A stretch of 64,000 bases of DNA, taken from assembly GCA_965223665.1 (NCBI GenBank), contig OZ245011.1:1120001-1184000 (forward strand). The letters run 5' to 3'. This document shows positions 1 through 9,982 of this stretch, piece by piece. Both the position numbers and the translations under genes were made by a program. Within the stretch, counting starts at the first letter, position 1. Each line of letters begins with the position of its first letter. Origin of the DNA: Nitrospinaceae bacterium (lineage in GTDB: Bacteria; Nitrospinota; Nitrospinia; Nitrospinales; Nitrospinaceae). The notes below the pieces were generated by a model that saw only the letters and a program-made list of their open reading frames with translations, was not told the DNA's origin and searched no databases.

Positions 1-3000
1 GGCAAAAATGTGTCATTTTCCAATTGTCTGGTTTCTAAAATTTCAAAAAGTTTGGCAAATAGAATTGGAGCACCTATCTCAACTTCCATGAGTTCTTCCA
101 AACTCAAATCTGTTAGTTGTTCCATTATTAAGGTCTGATTAGCCTCAAAAGGATTGTAAAAAGTGTTAATAACATTCGTACTTTGTGTAGATGTTTGCTT
201 AGGTACATTCTTATCAATTTTTTCTACTGTATTATTAGTTCGATCGACAGGATCTACAGGGGGTGGGGGAGGAGGGCTACTTGACGCAATTATTAAAAAA
301 TTATCTCCAACATAAGTCAGACTGTAATTGGCTCCGCCGTTACCATCATTGATAGCGAGAGTCCCTTGCGAAATGGGATAACTACCTATAGTTTCACCCA
401 ATGCACGAACTTGACTACCCAAAAAACTGTCCCCTCCGGCCAATGAACCAACCGAAACACTAAAAGTCAACGCAGGATCCGGGTCTCCAACTATTTTACT
501 CTGCCCTGAATCAGCGGTAATCGTAATCCCACGCGGTGTGATCGTAAAATTATCACCGACATAAGTAATCGAATAATTCGCCCCACCATTGCCATCGCTT
601 ACCGTAAGGGTTCCCTGATTAATGGCGTACGTGCCCACATCTTCACCCGCGGCCCGTGCCTGGGATCCGGTTAACGTATCACCACCCGCTAAACTTCCTG
701 ACGTGATCGTTTGAGTCAACGCAGGATCACTGTTGCCATACACTTTCGTCTGTCCCGCATCGGCGGTAATCGTAATTCCACGGGGTGTGATCGTAAAGTT
801 ATCGCCAACGTAAGTAATCGAATAGTTCGCTCCTCCATTGCCATCACTTACCGTAAGAGTTCCCTGATTAATTACATACGTTCCAACATTCTCACCTGCG
901 GCTCTCGCTTGACTGCCAGTTAAGGTATCTCCACCGGCTAACGTTCCTGCAGTGATCGTTTGGGTCAATGCAGGATCACTGTTGCCATAGACTTTTGTTT
1001 GACCGGCATCTGCCGTGATTGTTATTCCACGTGTCGTGATCGTAAAATTATCTCCCACATAAGTGATGGAATAGTTTGCTCCGCCATTGCCATCACTTAC
1101 AGTAAGAGTTCCCTGGTTGATCGCATACGTTCCGACATCTTCACCCGCGGCTCTTGCCTGACTACCGGTCAACGTATCACCGCCGGCCAAACTTCCTGAC
1201 GTGATCGTTTGAGTCAACGCAGGATCACTGTTGCCATACACTTTCGTCTGTCCCGCATCGGCGGTAATCGTAATTCCACGGGGTGTGATGATGAAGTTGT
1301 CTCCAACATAAGTAATGGAATAATTCGCTCCGCCATTGCCATCACTTACAGTAAGAGTTCCCTGATTGATGGCGTACGTTCCTACATTCTCACCAGCCGC
1401 TCTGGCCTGACTACCGGTTAAACTATCGCTACCCGCTAAACTTCCTGACGTGATGGTTTGCGTTAACGCAGGATCACTGTTGCCATACACTTTTGTCTGC
1501 CCGGCATCGGCGGTAAGAGTGATCGGGCGTGTATTCACCGTTAAGGTGCCATTGGTGAAACTGATGCTATACCCTAATAAATCCGCCAGCGTTCCCTGCG
1601 TTATAGGATACGCACCGACATTACTGGTAGACGTGGCTGTGGTTGTTAGACCTCCAGTAAGTGCCGTACCTGCTGTGTCTCCATCGATATATCCGGAAGA
1701 AGCAAAAGTTAGTGCAGGATTACTGTCTCCATAGGTTCTGGCTTTGTCATCGGCGGTAATGGTTAAGGTCGGAGCGATATTGTAAAGCACTCCATTATCG
1801 GTTGCTAAAAAGTTGCCCGGAATGGTGGGATACGTCGTATTGTATCTTTTTTTATCAGGAACCAAACCGCCTAAGGTCGTGGTTGCAGGGTCTGATGAAT
1901 AAATCAACCACCGACCGGAAGCGGCTGATAACGCCCCGGCCCCGGCATTATTGATAAAATCTCCATTATTGGTCGTGGCGATCGTTAAACTGTTTCCCGA
2001 TCCACTGGCCGTTAACACGGTTCCACTGTCCAGTGTGATATCGCTATCTGCCGTCAATAAAATACTGGTTGCATTCACTGCCCCACCATTGACCGTCAAC
2101 GTGGAACCCCCTCCTGTGGCATCTACGGTTAATGCATTGCCCACAGTCGATGCAGCCAATGTGGTTGAAGTATTGTTGGTTAAACTGGCATCCCCGGTAC
2201 CTGAAGTTGTAAAACTCACTGCACCTGAAAGTGCATTCGTTGCCGTATCCAGGGTGATCGATTGGTTCGCCAGGTCTGTAGTGAAACTCGAAGTCCCGCC
2301 TACCGTCAAAGCCCCGCTGTCAGTAATGGCGCCACCGGTTGTGATTGTCAGATTCTGACCCACACTCGACGTTGCCAGATCCACTGCTGTGGTGCCGTTA
2401 TCCAAAGTCACTCCACCGGTTCCGGATGTGTTAAAAGTCACAGCACCGGTCAAAGCATTGGTCGGGGTGTCCAGGATAATCGATTGATTCGCCAGGTCGG
2501 TGGTGAAACTCGAAGTCCCACCTACCGTCAAAGCCCCGCTATCCGTAATGGCGCCACCGGTTGTGATTGTCAGATTCTGACCCACACTCGACGTTGCCAG
2601 ATCCACTGCTGTGGTGCCGTTATCCAAAGTCACTCCACCGGTTCCGGATGTGTTAAAAGTCACAGCACCGGTCAAAGCATTGGTCGGGGTGTCCAAAGTA
2701 ATCGATTGATTGGCCACAGTGGTACTGAAACTGGAGTTGCCCGTTATCGCCAAGGCTCCACTATCCGTAATGGTACCTGCCGAGTTAACCGTTAACGTTC
2801 CACCCAATGTTGAAGCGGCTAGTATGGTGTTGGTTGAGTCTGTTATAGATACTGCTCCGGTTCCGGAATTGAGAGTTATTGCCCCGGTAAAATCATTTCC
2901 ACCATTAGTTAACGTGATCGTATCGCTTCCTGTCACCGTCAAATTGGAAGTTCCGTTGACATCGAAGTTATTTCCAAATCCTCCCACCTGAGCAATGTCT

Positions 3001-6000
3001 CCACCGGCAGTAATCACAAGGTTGCCTAAATTGGAAATGGAAGCCACTGTTACATCCGCCGCTGTATTGGTTCCCGAGTTTAAAGTTAAATGATTAGTAA
3101 ATCCGGTCACCGCACCAATGTTTATAATACTGGCCGCTCCATTACCGGAATCGAAGGTGGTATTTCCTGTCAGTGACAACGCCCCAATATCTATTTGGGT
3201 ATTGGTGGTATTAATCGTCCCGGCAGAAGAAGTGACACCGGCAGTCGTGTCCAGTCCCCCGGTGAAAGTAAGCGTTTTGGCATCATCGTCCAGTAACTCC
3301 ACTCCCCCTGTATTGAGAAAGGTGGTGTCACTGGTCACTGTGCTGTCATCATAGAAACCGACAAAATAAGGTTGGGCCGTAGTCACCAGACTGGTAAGCG
3401 TCGTCGGTCCCATGAAGCTGATCGCACCGGTGGTATCGGTAACACTCACTGTGGTGGCCGTGGTGGTTCCTGAAAAAAATGTATCGCCACTGTCTCTGAT
3501 CGTCAGCGTCCCCACATTAGAGACCGAAGCAATGTTGATATCCGAAGCATTATCAGGCCCCGAATCCAGAGTTAAATTATTACCCGCTCCGGTGATGGCT
3601 CCAATGTTCATGTCACTTGTGGATGCCGTGCCCGAATCCAGAGTCGTTACACCCGCCAGAGTTAAGGCCCCGATATCCATTTGGGTATCCGTGGTGTTCA
3701 CTGTTCCACGGGCCGTGGTGGTTCCCGCTGTCGTATCCAGTCCTCCGGTAAACGTTATGATATCTCCGTCGGTATCTCCAAACGTCACTCCTCCCGTATT
3801 CAGAAAGGTCGTGTCATTGGTAATGGTTCCACCATTGTTAAACAGCACGGAATACCCTTGAGCCGCTGTACTTAAGGTAGTGGCCGTCACCGCATCGGTA
3901 AACGTGATCGCGTTATCTGTATCGGTGAGTGTGATCGTAGTTGCATTGACGGTACTGTTAAAGGTAGTCGCGTCGCTTTGTGTAATGGTGAGGCCGGTTA
4001 ACCCGGTTAGCGCCTGGTTGAAGAAAATGTCACTTCCAGCTGTGGGTCCGCTGTTTTCAACAGTTAAGGTACCACTTGAGGTAATAGTTTCTAAAGTAAT
4101 GTCGCCGCCGGCAGTATTGGTTTTGCCGGCACCATCCGCAATGGTGATATTGATATCCCCCGTTCCTGCATCCAGAGTGGTTCCTACGGCCATGGTGATT
4201 TCTGCATTGCCTGCATCGCGCTCAGCATCCACCACACCGTTGGCTAAAGTTTCATTGGCGGTCAGGTTCAGGTTTCCATTATCGGTCGTGATATTTTGAT
4301 TGATTAAAATACTGCGGCCTGCCTGCATCGTCAGGTTGCCACCATCCCCTGCTCCATTATCGACAGTGATGGCACTATCGACTGTAATATCATTATTCGC
4401 CTGCAGCGTTACATTCTGCGGAGTGCTTAAAAGTGTGGCTAAGGTAGAAGAGGATAAGGTCAAGTCTTCGCTCGCTCGCGTGGCAAAAACTGCATCTCCC
4501 ACCGTATCAGGACCCATATTAAAATTTAAATCACTGAATTGGTAAAGATACACTGCTCCTGAGTTGGAAACACCATTTCCAAATCCATCATCCAAATTCG
4601 CCCCCACTGCCAAACGGGTTCCATCAAGTGAAACCGATCTACCAAAATAATCTCCACCATCCAAATTTTGGTTAATATTTTTACCACCTGTATATCCAGA
4701 TCCTATTGTAGACTCTAAGTTTCCTCCGTTAAAACTACTATCAGTAAAGCTGTAAAGATAAACAGCTCCGCAATCTCCACATCCATTTCCACTGCCATCG
4801 TCCAAGTTTGCCCCTATCGCCAAGCGAGTCCCATCCAGGGATACATCATCTCCAAACAAATCATTTGTATCTAGAGATAGATTGATATTTTTACCACCTG
4901 TATATCCAAACCCTATAGTGGACTCTAAGTTTCCTCCGCTAAAAACACTGTCGGTAAAACTATAAAGATACACCGCTCCATAATCATTACTTCCACTCAA
5001 ACCCAAACCATCATCCAAAAATGCCCCTACCGCTAAACGGGTTCCATCAAGTGAAACCGATCTACCAAAAAAATCTCCACCATCCAAACTTTGGTTAATA
5101 TTTTTACCACCTGTATATCCAGATCCTATAGTGGACTCTAAGTTTCCTCCGTTAAAACTACTATCAGTAAAGCTGTAAAGATAAACAGCTCCGCAATCTC
5201 CACATCCATTTCCACTGCCATCGTCTAAATCTGCCCCAACCGCCAAGCGGGTCCCATCCAAAGAAATATTAATGCCAAAGAAATCTGAACTATCGAGGGA
5301 TTGATTAATATTTTTACCCCCGCTATACCCGGAACCGATGGTTGCCTCTAAAGTGCCTCCGCTAAATACACTATCCGTAAAACTGTACAAATATACCGCT
5401 CCGCAATTTCCACATCCATTTCCAAAACCATCATCGAAATCGGCGCCAACTGCTAACCTGTTTCCATCTAACGATACTCCGGAACCAAAAAAATCTCCTC
5501 CATCCAAGCTTTGGTTAATATTCTTACCACCGGTATAACCACTCCCTATGGTGGCCTCCAAAGTCCCACCGGAAAATCCTGAGTCTGTGAAGCTATAGAG
5601 ATACACAGCCCCATAATCATTACTTCCACTCAAACCCAAACCATCATCCAAATCCGCCCCAACAGCCAACCGAGTTCCATCTAATGATACTGAAAACCCA
5701 AAATCGTCACCAGAATCCAAACTTTGATCGATGTTGCTTCCAATGGAATAACCGGAACCTATGGTTCCTACTAGAGAACCGCCAGTGAAAGAGGAATCCG
5801 TGAAAGTGTAGAAAAATACGGCACCGGAATCGGTTAATCCATTACCGGAACCATCATCACCTGAGGCACCTACCGCAAGACGAGCCCCATCCAGGGAGAT
5901 CGATCTGCCAAAAGTGTCATCTGAATCCAGGGTAAGGTTAATGTCTTTTGGACGAGTGTTATACCCATCACCCATGATTCCCTGCAATGCTCCGGTTCCA

Positions 6001-8810
6001 TCTGTAGCCGAACCGTTATTGCTAAAGGTGGAATCCGTAAATTGATATAAGTAAACAGCTCCACACCTTGTACAATCATTGGCTTGACCGTAGTCGTTAT
6101 TCGATCCAACAGCCAAATTGTTTCCATTTAACGATAAGGACCTTCCAAAAAAGTCTCCCCAGCCTCCCTGCGTATCGAGCAAGGTACTGGCATCAATATT
6201 TTTTCCACCGGTTTTATCTTCCCCAATTACTGCCTGTTGCGTGATACTGGAAAAATCACCTGTGAAAGTATATAAATAAACCGCTCCCTCGTTAGTTCCC
6301 GCGTTCGTTCCGGGACTGGCCGAACCGTCGTCTCCAGAGGCCCCAATGGCCAGGCGAGTCCCATCCAGACCCACTGCGCGGCCAAAACCATCAGATAGAT
6401 CCAGGTTGATATTGAAGTTATTCCCCCCGGTATAACCTTCGCCAATTATGGCTGACAAGGAACCTCCACTAAAAACAGAATCTGTAAAGGTCAATGCATA
6501 GACGGCACCAACCGATTCCAAATTGGCAAATCCGGCATCATTTAAAGATCCAACCACCAGATGGGTCCCATCCAGGGATACACTGGTTCCAAAAGAATCA
6601 CCGGTATCCAATTGAGAGGATAAATTTACATCCTTGGCTCGAGTGTTATAACCCTCCCCTACTATCCCCTGAAGCGCTCCCGTCCCATCCGTGGCAGACC
6701 CATTATTGGAAAATAAACTGTCGGTAAATGTATAGAAATAAACCGCCCCGGTTCCACTTGCGGAATTTCCCTGACCATCGTCTGAAGGAGCTCCAACGGC
6801 AAGACTTGTCCCATCCAAGGATAAAGCGGAACCAAAATTATCATTTGTGTCCAAGTTAAGATTAATATTTTTCCCTCCGGTATAACCCTCACCAATTATG
6901 CCTTCTAGCTGTCCTCCCGAAAATGAACTGTCATTAAAGCTGTAAAGGTAAACCACACCAGACCCCGATTCCACATTTCCGGATCCATCATCATTGGGAG
7001 CCCCAACGGCTAATTGATTTCCATCGAGAGAAACTGCCAGACCAAACTCATCACTGGTTTCAAGAGTTTGACTTCCAATATTCAATGAATCGTATCCATT
7101 ACCAATGATGATGACGCTTTGGTCAAAACTGGTGGTATCCGCAATGGTGATGTTTTTGGGATCGAGGAGGAAGGTTCCTAATCGGTCTCCACGACCGGTT
7201 AAAGCCGTGCCGCCAAAAGTTAATGTATTACCCGAAGAAACTTCAATAAAACCACCAAATCCACTAAGAAACCCGGGTTGAGCTAAATATTGTCCCAATA
7301 CGGGTCCCCCTTGATCTGACCACGTAATGATCGTTCCACCGTCGCCATGGTCACCCAACGCACTTGCCTTCACTTGCGTCGCATCCGTCATCGAAAGAAT
7401 TTGCGCATTCGGCAATTCATCTATTTCCAGATTCTTTCCGCCCTGGTATTCCCCTCCTAAGCGAATCGTTCCTCCACCGGTTTCACCCGATGCATCCATT
7501 TCACCGGAAAGAAACTTTAAGGCAGGTGCCGTTACATCAATTTGCCCACCCTCTCCTTTTGTTCCAATTGCCTTGTATTTGGCGGAAGTCGTAATCTGCT
7601 GCTCTGCCATATGAGAAATCGACCCCCCTTCAGCTCCCGATACATCGATAGAAGCACTGCTGTTCTCCCAGGATTTAGCTTTTGTATTGAGAACAACCTC
7701 TCCACCTTTTCCGGAAAAACCTAATGCTTTGATTGAAGAAGCAATCGATAACCCTCCAGATTCAACAGAAACTATTCCACCAGAATCCCCACTCGCATCC
7801 ACCTCTCCACCCACACTCACCCAATGGGTTCCTTCAATGTCGATAGCTCCTCCATCTGAATCTTGACTTGTAGCAAGCAAATTTCCTTGGTCTATAGTTA
7901 CCGCAGATCCAGAAACTGAAATGCTGCCTCCAGATTCTCCTGCCTGATCTCCCGAGGCATCTAATACCCCGGCAATATGAACGGCCCCTTCTCCACCCTC
8001 CAGAATAATTTCCCCATTGACTACCGATGCCGTTTTCGCTTCCACTACCCCTGAACTGTTAATCACATGGTCCACTACATTTTTGGCGGCATTCACCTCC
8101 ATCACAATCTGCCCACCCTCGGCACTTATGGTTCCACTGTTACTGACTAATGAAATAAGAGGACTGCCATCGAGACCTATCACTTGCTCTAATACCTGCC
8201 CCTCCACACTGAGATTGATCAGTTTGTCTCCATAAAAATCCAGGGTAAACTCCGTCCCCGAGGCAAGATTTACTTTTCCCAGTCGTGCGGTGATTATTCC
8301 TGAGTTTTCCACCCCCGGAGCTACAAAGGCTGCCAATCCCCCTTCAGAAACTGTAATCTGTCCCTGATTAATCACGTAACCCAGGTGGGATGAGGCCCCT
8401 TTAAAAAAATAATTACCTGACATGAAATCTTTGTTGTCGATATCCAGAGTCGTCGCCACCAGACCATTCACATCGATCCGGGATCCCTTTCCAAACAGGA
8501 TTCCATTGGGATTGATCAGCATCAGGTTTCCATTGGAAGAGAGCTTTCCAAAAATATTGGATCGTTCAGAACCGGTCACTCGATTAAGAGTGATTCCATT
8601 AGAGGAGGGTAATTGAAAATCCACATGCTCGTTACTATTGATGCTAAAGCTGCGCCAGTCGATAATAGCTTTATTCGTCGATTGCTGTATCAACAGCTTC
8701 TCTTCATGAGGATGAGAGATAGAGGCGGAACCGGCTTGAATTTTTCCGCCTTGAGGAAGTGCCAATAAATCCTGAGAAAAGGAGAAAAAAAGAACCAGGA
8801 TTCCCCACAT
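1..8810 (-). CDS. Giant two-partner-secretion (TpsA, filamentous haemagglutinin family) adhesin, >2,930 aa, 3' end outside the window: signal peptide, TPS domain, 12 FG-GAP repeats, beta-helix repeats, MBG repeats, Pro-rich linker
   Basis: Not in the ORF track. Manual minus-strand translation: MWGILVLFFSFSQDLLA-LPQGGKIQAGSASI...AIIDWRSFSI...TLNRVTGSERSNIFGKLSSNGNLMLINPNGILFGKGSRIDVNGLVATT (TPS NPNG motif). The frame at 8762 matches the frame at 308, and the longer + strand shadow ORFs from 1450 to 8422 share one frame, consistent with no frameshift. Alternative TTG starts up to 8930; upstream in-frame stop at 8946-8948. Confidence 0.9.
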   Translation of the reverse strand, partial: MWGILVLFFSFSQDLLALPQGGKIQAGSASISHPHEEKLLIQQSTNKAIIDWRSFSINSNEHVDFQLPSSNGITLNRVTGSERSNIFGKLSSNGNLMLINPNGILFGKGSRIDVNGLVATTLDIDNKDFMSGNYFFKGASSHLGYVINQGQITVSEGGLAAFVAPGVENSGIITARLGKVNLASGTEFTLDFYGDKLINLSVEGQVLEQVIGLDGSPLISLVSNSGTISAEGGQIVMEVNAAKNVVDHVINSSGVVEAKTASVVNGEIILEGGEGAVHIAGVLDASGDQAGESGGSISVSGSAVTIDQGNLLATSQDSDGGAIDIEGTHWVSVGGEVDASGDSGGIVSVESGGLSIASSIKALGFSGKGGEVVLNTKAKSWENSSASIDVSGAEGGSISHMAEQQITTSAKYKAIGTKGEGGQIDVTAPALKFLSGEMDASGETGGGTIRLGGEYQGGKNLEIDELPNAQILSMTDATQVKASALGDHGDGGTIITWSDQGGPVLGQYLAQPGFLSGFGGFIEVSSGNTLTFGGTALTGRGDRLGTFLLDPKNITIADTTSFDQSVIIIGNGYDSLNIGSQTLETSDEFGLAVSLDGNQLAVGAPNDDGSGNVESGSGVVYLYSFNDSSFSGGQLEGIIGEGYTGGKNINLNLDTNDNFGSALSLDGTSLAVGAPSDDGQGNSASGTGAVYFYTFTDSLFSNNGSATDGTGALQGIVGEGYNTRAKDVNLSSQLDTGDSFGTSVSLDGTHLVVGSLNDAGFANLESVGAVYALTFTDSVFSGGSLSAIIGEGYTGGNNFNINLDLSDGFGRAVGLDGTRLAIGASGDDGSASPGTNAGTNEGAVYLYTFTGDFSSITQQAVIGEDKTGGKNIDASTLLDTQGGWGDFFGRSLSLNGNNLAVGSNNDYGQANDCTRCGAVYLYQFTDSTFSNNGSATDGTGALQGIMGDGYNTRPKDINLTLDSDDTFGRSISLDGARLAVGASGDDGSGNGLTDSGAVFFYTFTDSSFTGGSLVGTIGSGYSIGSNIDQSLDSGDDFGFSVSLDGTRLAVGADLDDGLGLSGSNDYGAVYLYSFTDSGFSGGTLEATIGSGYTGGKNINQSLDGGDFFGSGVSLDGNRLAVGADFDDGFGNGCGNCGAVYLYSFTDSVFSGGTLEATIGSGYSGGKNINQSLDSSDFFGINISLDGTRLAVGADLDDGSGNGCGDCGAVYLYSFTDSSFNGGNLESTIGSGYTGGKNINQSLDGGDFFGRSVSLDGTRLAVGAFLDDGLGLSGSNDYGAVYLYSFTDSVFSGGNLESTIGFGYTGGKNINLSLDTNDLFGDDVSLDGTRLAIGANLDDGSGNGCGDCGAVYLYSFTDSSFNGGNLESTIGSGYTGGKNINQNLDGGDYFGRSVSLDGTRLAVGANLDDGFGNGVSNSGAVYLYQFSDLNFNMGPDTVGDAVFATRASEDLTLSSSTLATLLSTPQNVTLQANNDITVDSAITVDNGAGDGGNLTMQAGRSILINQNITTDNGNLNLTANETLANGVVDAERDAGNAEITMAVGTTLDAGTGDINITIADGAGKTNTAGGDITLETITSSGTLTVENSGPTAGSDIFFNQALTGLTGLTITQSDATTFNSTVNATTITLTDTDNAITFTDAVTATTLSTAAQGYSVLFNNGGTITNDTTFLNTGGVTFGDTDGDIITFTGGLDTTAGTTTARGTVNTTDTQMDIGALTLAGVTTLDSGTASTSDMNIGAITGAGNNLTLDSGPDNASDINIASVSNVGTLTIRDSGDTFFSGTTTATTVSVTDTTGAISFMGPTTLTSLVTTAQPYFVGFYDDSTVTSDTTFLNTGGVELLDDDAKTLTFTGGLDTTAGVTSSAGTINTTNTQIDIGALSLTGNTTFDSGNGAASIINIGAVTGFTNHLTLNSGTNTAADVTVASISNLGNLVITAGGDIAQVGGFGNNFDVNGTSNLTVTGSDTITLTNGGNDFTGAITLNSGTGAVSITDSTNTILAASTLGGTLTVNSAGTITDSGALAITGNSSFSTTVANQSITLDTPTNALTGAVTFNTSGTGGVTLDNGTTAVDLATSSVGQNLTITTGGAITDSGALTVGGTSSFTTDLANQSIILDTPTNALTGAVTFNTSGTGGVTLDNGTTAVDLATSSVGQNLTITTGGAITDSGALTVGGTSSFTTDLANQSITLDTATNALSGAVSFTTSGTGDASLTNNTSTTLAASTVGNALTVDATGGGSTLTVNGGAVNATSILLTADSDITLDSGTVLTASGSGNSLTIATTNNGDFINNAGAGALSAASGRWLIYSSDPATTTLGGLVPDKKRYNTTYPTIPGNFLATDNGVLYNIAPTLTITADDKARTYGDSNPALTFASSGYIDGDTAGTALTGGLTTTATSTSNVGAYPITQGTLADLLGYSISFTNGTLTVNTRPITLTADAGQTKVYGNSDPALTQTITSGSLAGSDSLTGSQARAAGENVGTYAINQGTLTVSDGNGGANYSITYVGDNFIITPRGITITADAGQTKVYGNSDPALTQTITSGSLAGGDTLTGSQARAAGEDVGTYAINQGTLTVSDGNGGANYSITYVGDNFTITTRGITITADAGQTKVYGNSDPALTQTITAGTLAGGDTLTGSQARAAGENVGTYVINQGTLTVSDGNGGANYSITYVGDNFTITPRGITITADAGQTKVYGNSDPALTQTITSGSLAGGDTLTGSQARAAGEDVGTYAINQGTLTVSDGNGGANYSITYVGDNFTITPRGITITADSGQSKIVGDPDPALTFSVSVGSLAGGDSFLGSQVRALGETIGSYPISQGTLAINDGNGGANYSLTYVGDNFLIIASSSPPPPPPVDPVDRTNNTVEKIDKNVPKQTSTQSTNVINTFYNPFEANQTLIMEQLTDLSLEELMEVEIGAPILFAKLFEILETRQLENDTFL
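290..1770 (-). repeat. Tandem MBG-type Ig-like repeats: five ~83-aa units with 249-nt period (four near-identical, last diverged) preceded by one more divergent unit
   Basis: Unit ITADAGQTKVYGNSDPALTQTITSGSLAGGDTLTGSQARAAGExVGTYAINQGTLTVSDGNGGANYSITYVGDNFTITPRG; shadow ORFs recur at 711, 960, 1209 (249-nt spacing). Confidence 0.9.
2260..2710 (-). repeat. Near-perfect 222-nt (74-aa) direct tandem duplication inside the adhesin beta-helix
   Basis: gtgaaactcgaagtccc at 2281 and 2503; the following ~200 nt are almost identical. Confidence 0.9.
4540..7110 (-). repeat. 12 FG-GAP (integrin-alpha-type beta-propeller blade) repeats, ~70 aa each
   Basis: Recurrent xDxFGxxVSLDGxRLAVGAxxDDG...GAVYLYxF motif near 7050, 6840, 6600, 6390, 6150, 5920, 5705, 5495, 5285, 5075, 4865, 4655. 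Confidence 0.85.
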
Positions 8811-9091
8811 ACCTATAAAACCAGGTTTCCATACCCTATGAAGGCGAAGGAAGAATTCATTCTTTATTTCAAGAAGAACTCCAATTGTCTTCTTTTTAAA
8901 ATTCAAAATTCTAGAACAATTCAAGTACAATTTCTTAATTGTGTCTCAGAAAAATTAGATAATTTTTTGGTGATTCGCTCAAATTTCCAAATAGGACATT
9001 GAAACTTACCTAAAAATGCAAAAACCCATTCTACCTTTTTTTGTCTATAAGGAGCAATTTCAGAGTAATAGGCGAATTATTCATTGTCAAC

Positions 9092-9115
9092 TAAGTCATT
9101 GATTTTTTTGACTTA
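9092..9115. promoter_or_regulatory. Candidate IHF site overlapping a TAAGTCA-N10-TGACTTA inverted repeat upstream of the TpsA gene
   Basis: Minus strand 9104-9092 reads AATCAAtgacTTA, matching the IHF consensus WATCAA-N4-TTR. Confidence 0.4.
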
Positions 9116-9279
9116 ACTTTACCGATATAAGTAATTTAGCGAAACTAATGATTTGAAAAAGGCGGGGTTGGGGTAATTTTTTAAAGGTTAAGAGGCAACG
9201 CGGGAAGCAAAAAAAGTTTAGAAACGCTTCTAAAATGTTAAGCGTGGAAATGGGTTATCTTTTTAGTTAAGAATAGAAT

Positions 9280-9951
9280 TTAATCATCTTGATCTTGTCT
9301 TTTTCTATTTAATATCCTAAGTTGCTTTCGCGCTTCTCTGCGGACCCGCATTGCTTTATTCACATTGCTTAAGTCTTCAGCTTTACGGATTCCTGATTTT
9401 TGAAGAATATTTTTATATTTAGGATTATTAAATAGATCTCCAGGCAAGGGACTTCTAAATTTACCTTGGGAAAGTTCTTTTAAATCTTCTATTGAGAGGT
9501 CAATTGCTAATGGATCTTTATTGGAAGGGGCATTCCTAGGGGTTTGTAATTTAGCTTGCGTTTCAAAAGCCGGGATTTCGAAATTTTCTGTGTTGCCTAA
9601 GATATTAACCGAAGCCAGAGACCCTCTTGATTTCCAAATTTCTATCTTATTGTAGTCCTGCAATAGTTCAGATAGTGCTTTGGACCAGTTATCTGATTCG
9701 ATATCTGCAGTAACTAAAAACTCATCTAATTCATTTGGAAATTTAATTTTGATACCACTTTGAGACTCTATACTTCTTAATACTTCACCCAACGGAATGT
9801 TGTCTGCTTTGATTATGGCAGGTTTACTTTTGACCGTAGAAACTTTAGTCAAACGGGTAGACTTTGCAAACGCAACATTTACAAAAACAACAATACTAAT
9901 TAAATAAAAAACTGTAATAAACTTACTTATCGAAACTATGCTTAACCTCAT
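9280..9951 (-). CDS. Hypothetical exported protein with secretin/TonB N-terminal (STN/N0)-like domain
   Basis: Start re-called at ATG 9951 (GGAGG upstream); signal-like MRLSIVSISKFITVFYLISIVVFVNVAFA; IIKADNIPLGEVLRSIESQSGIKIKFPNELDEFLVTADI resembles STN-type domains. Confidence 0.6.
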   Translation of the reverse strand: MRLSIVSISKFITVFYLISIVVFVNVAFAKSTRLTKVSTVKSKPAIIKADNIPLGEVLRSIESQSGIKIKFPNELDEFLVTADIESDNWSKALSELLQDYNKIEIWKSRGSLASVNILGNTENFEIPAFETQAKLQTPRNAPSNKDPLAIDLSIEDLKELSQGKFRSPLPGDLFNNPKYKNILQKSGIRKAEDLSNVNKAMRVRREARKQLRILNRKRQDQDD

Positions 9952-9982
9952 TTTCACATCCCTCCAAGTTGGCCAAAGCATA

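Noticed and set aside
290-1530. Regular direct repeats that could suggest a CRISPR array
   Set aside because: 249-nt in-frame coding repeats with no unique spacers; no cas genes in the window.
711-8616. Many + strand ORFs and short off-frame minus ORFs in the track
   Set aside because: Shadows of the single minus-strand TpsA gene; they repeat with its period.
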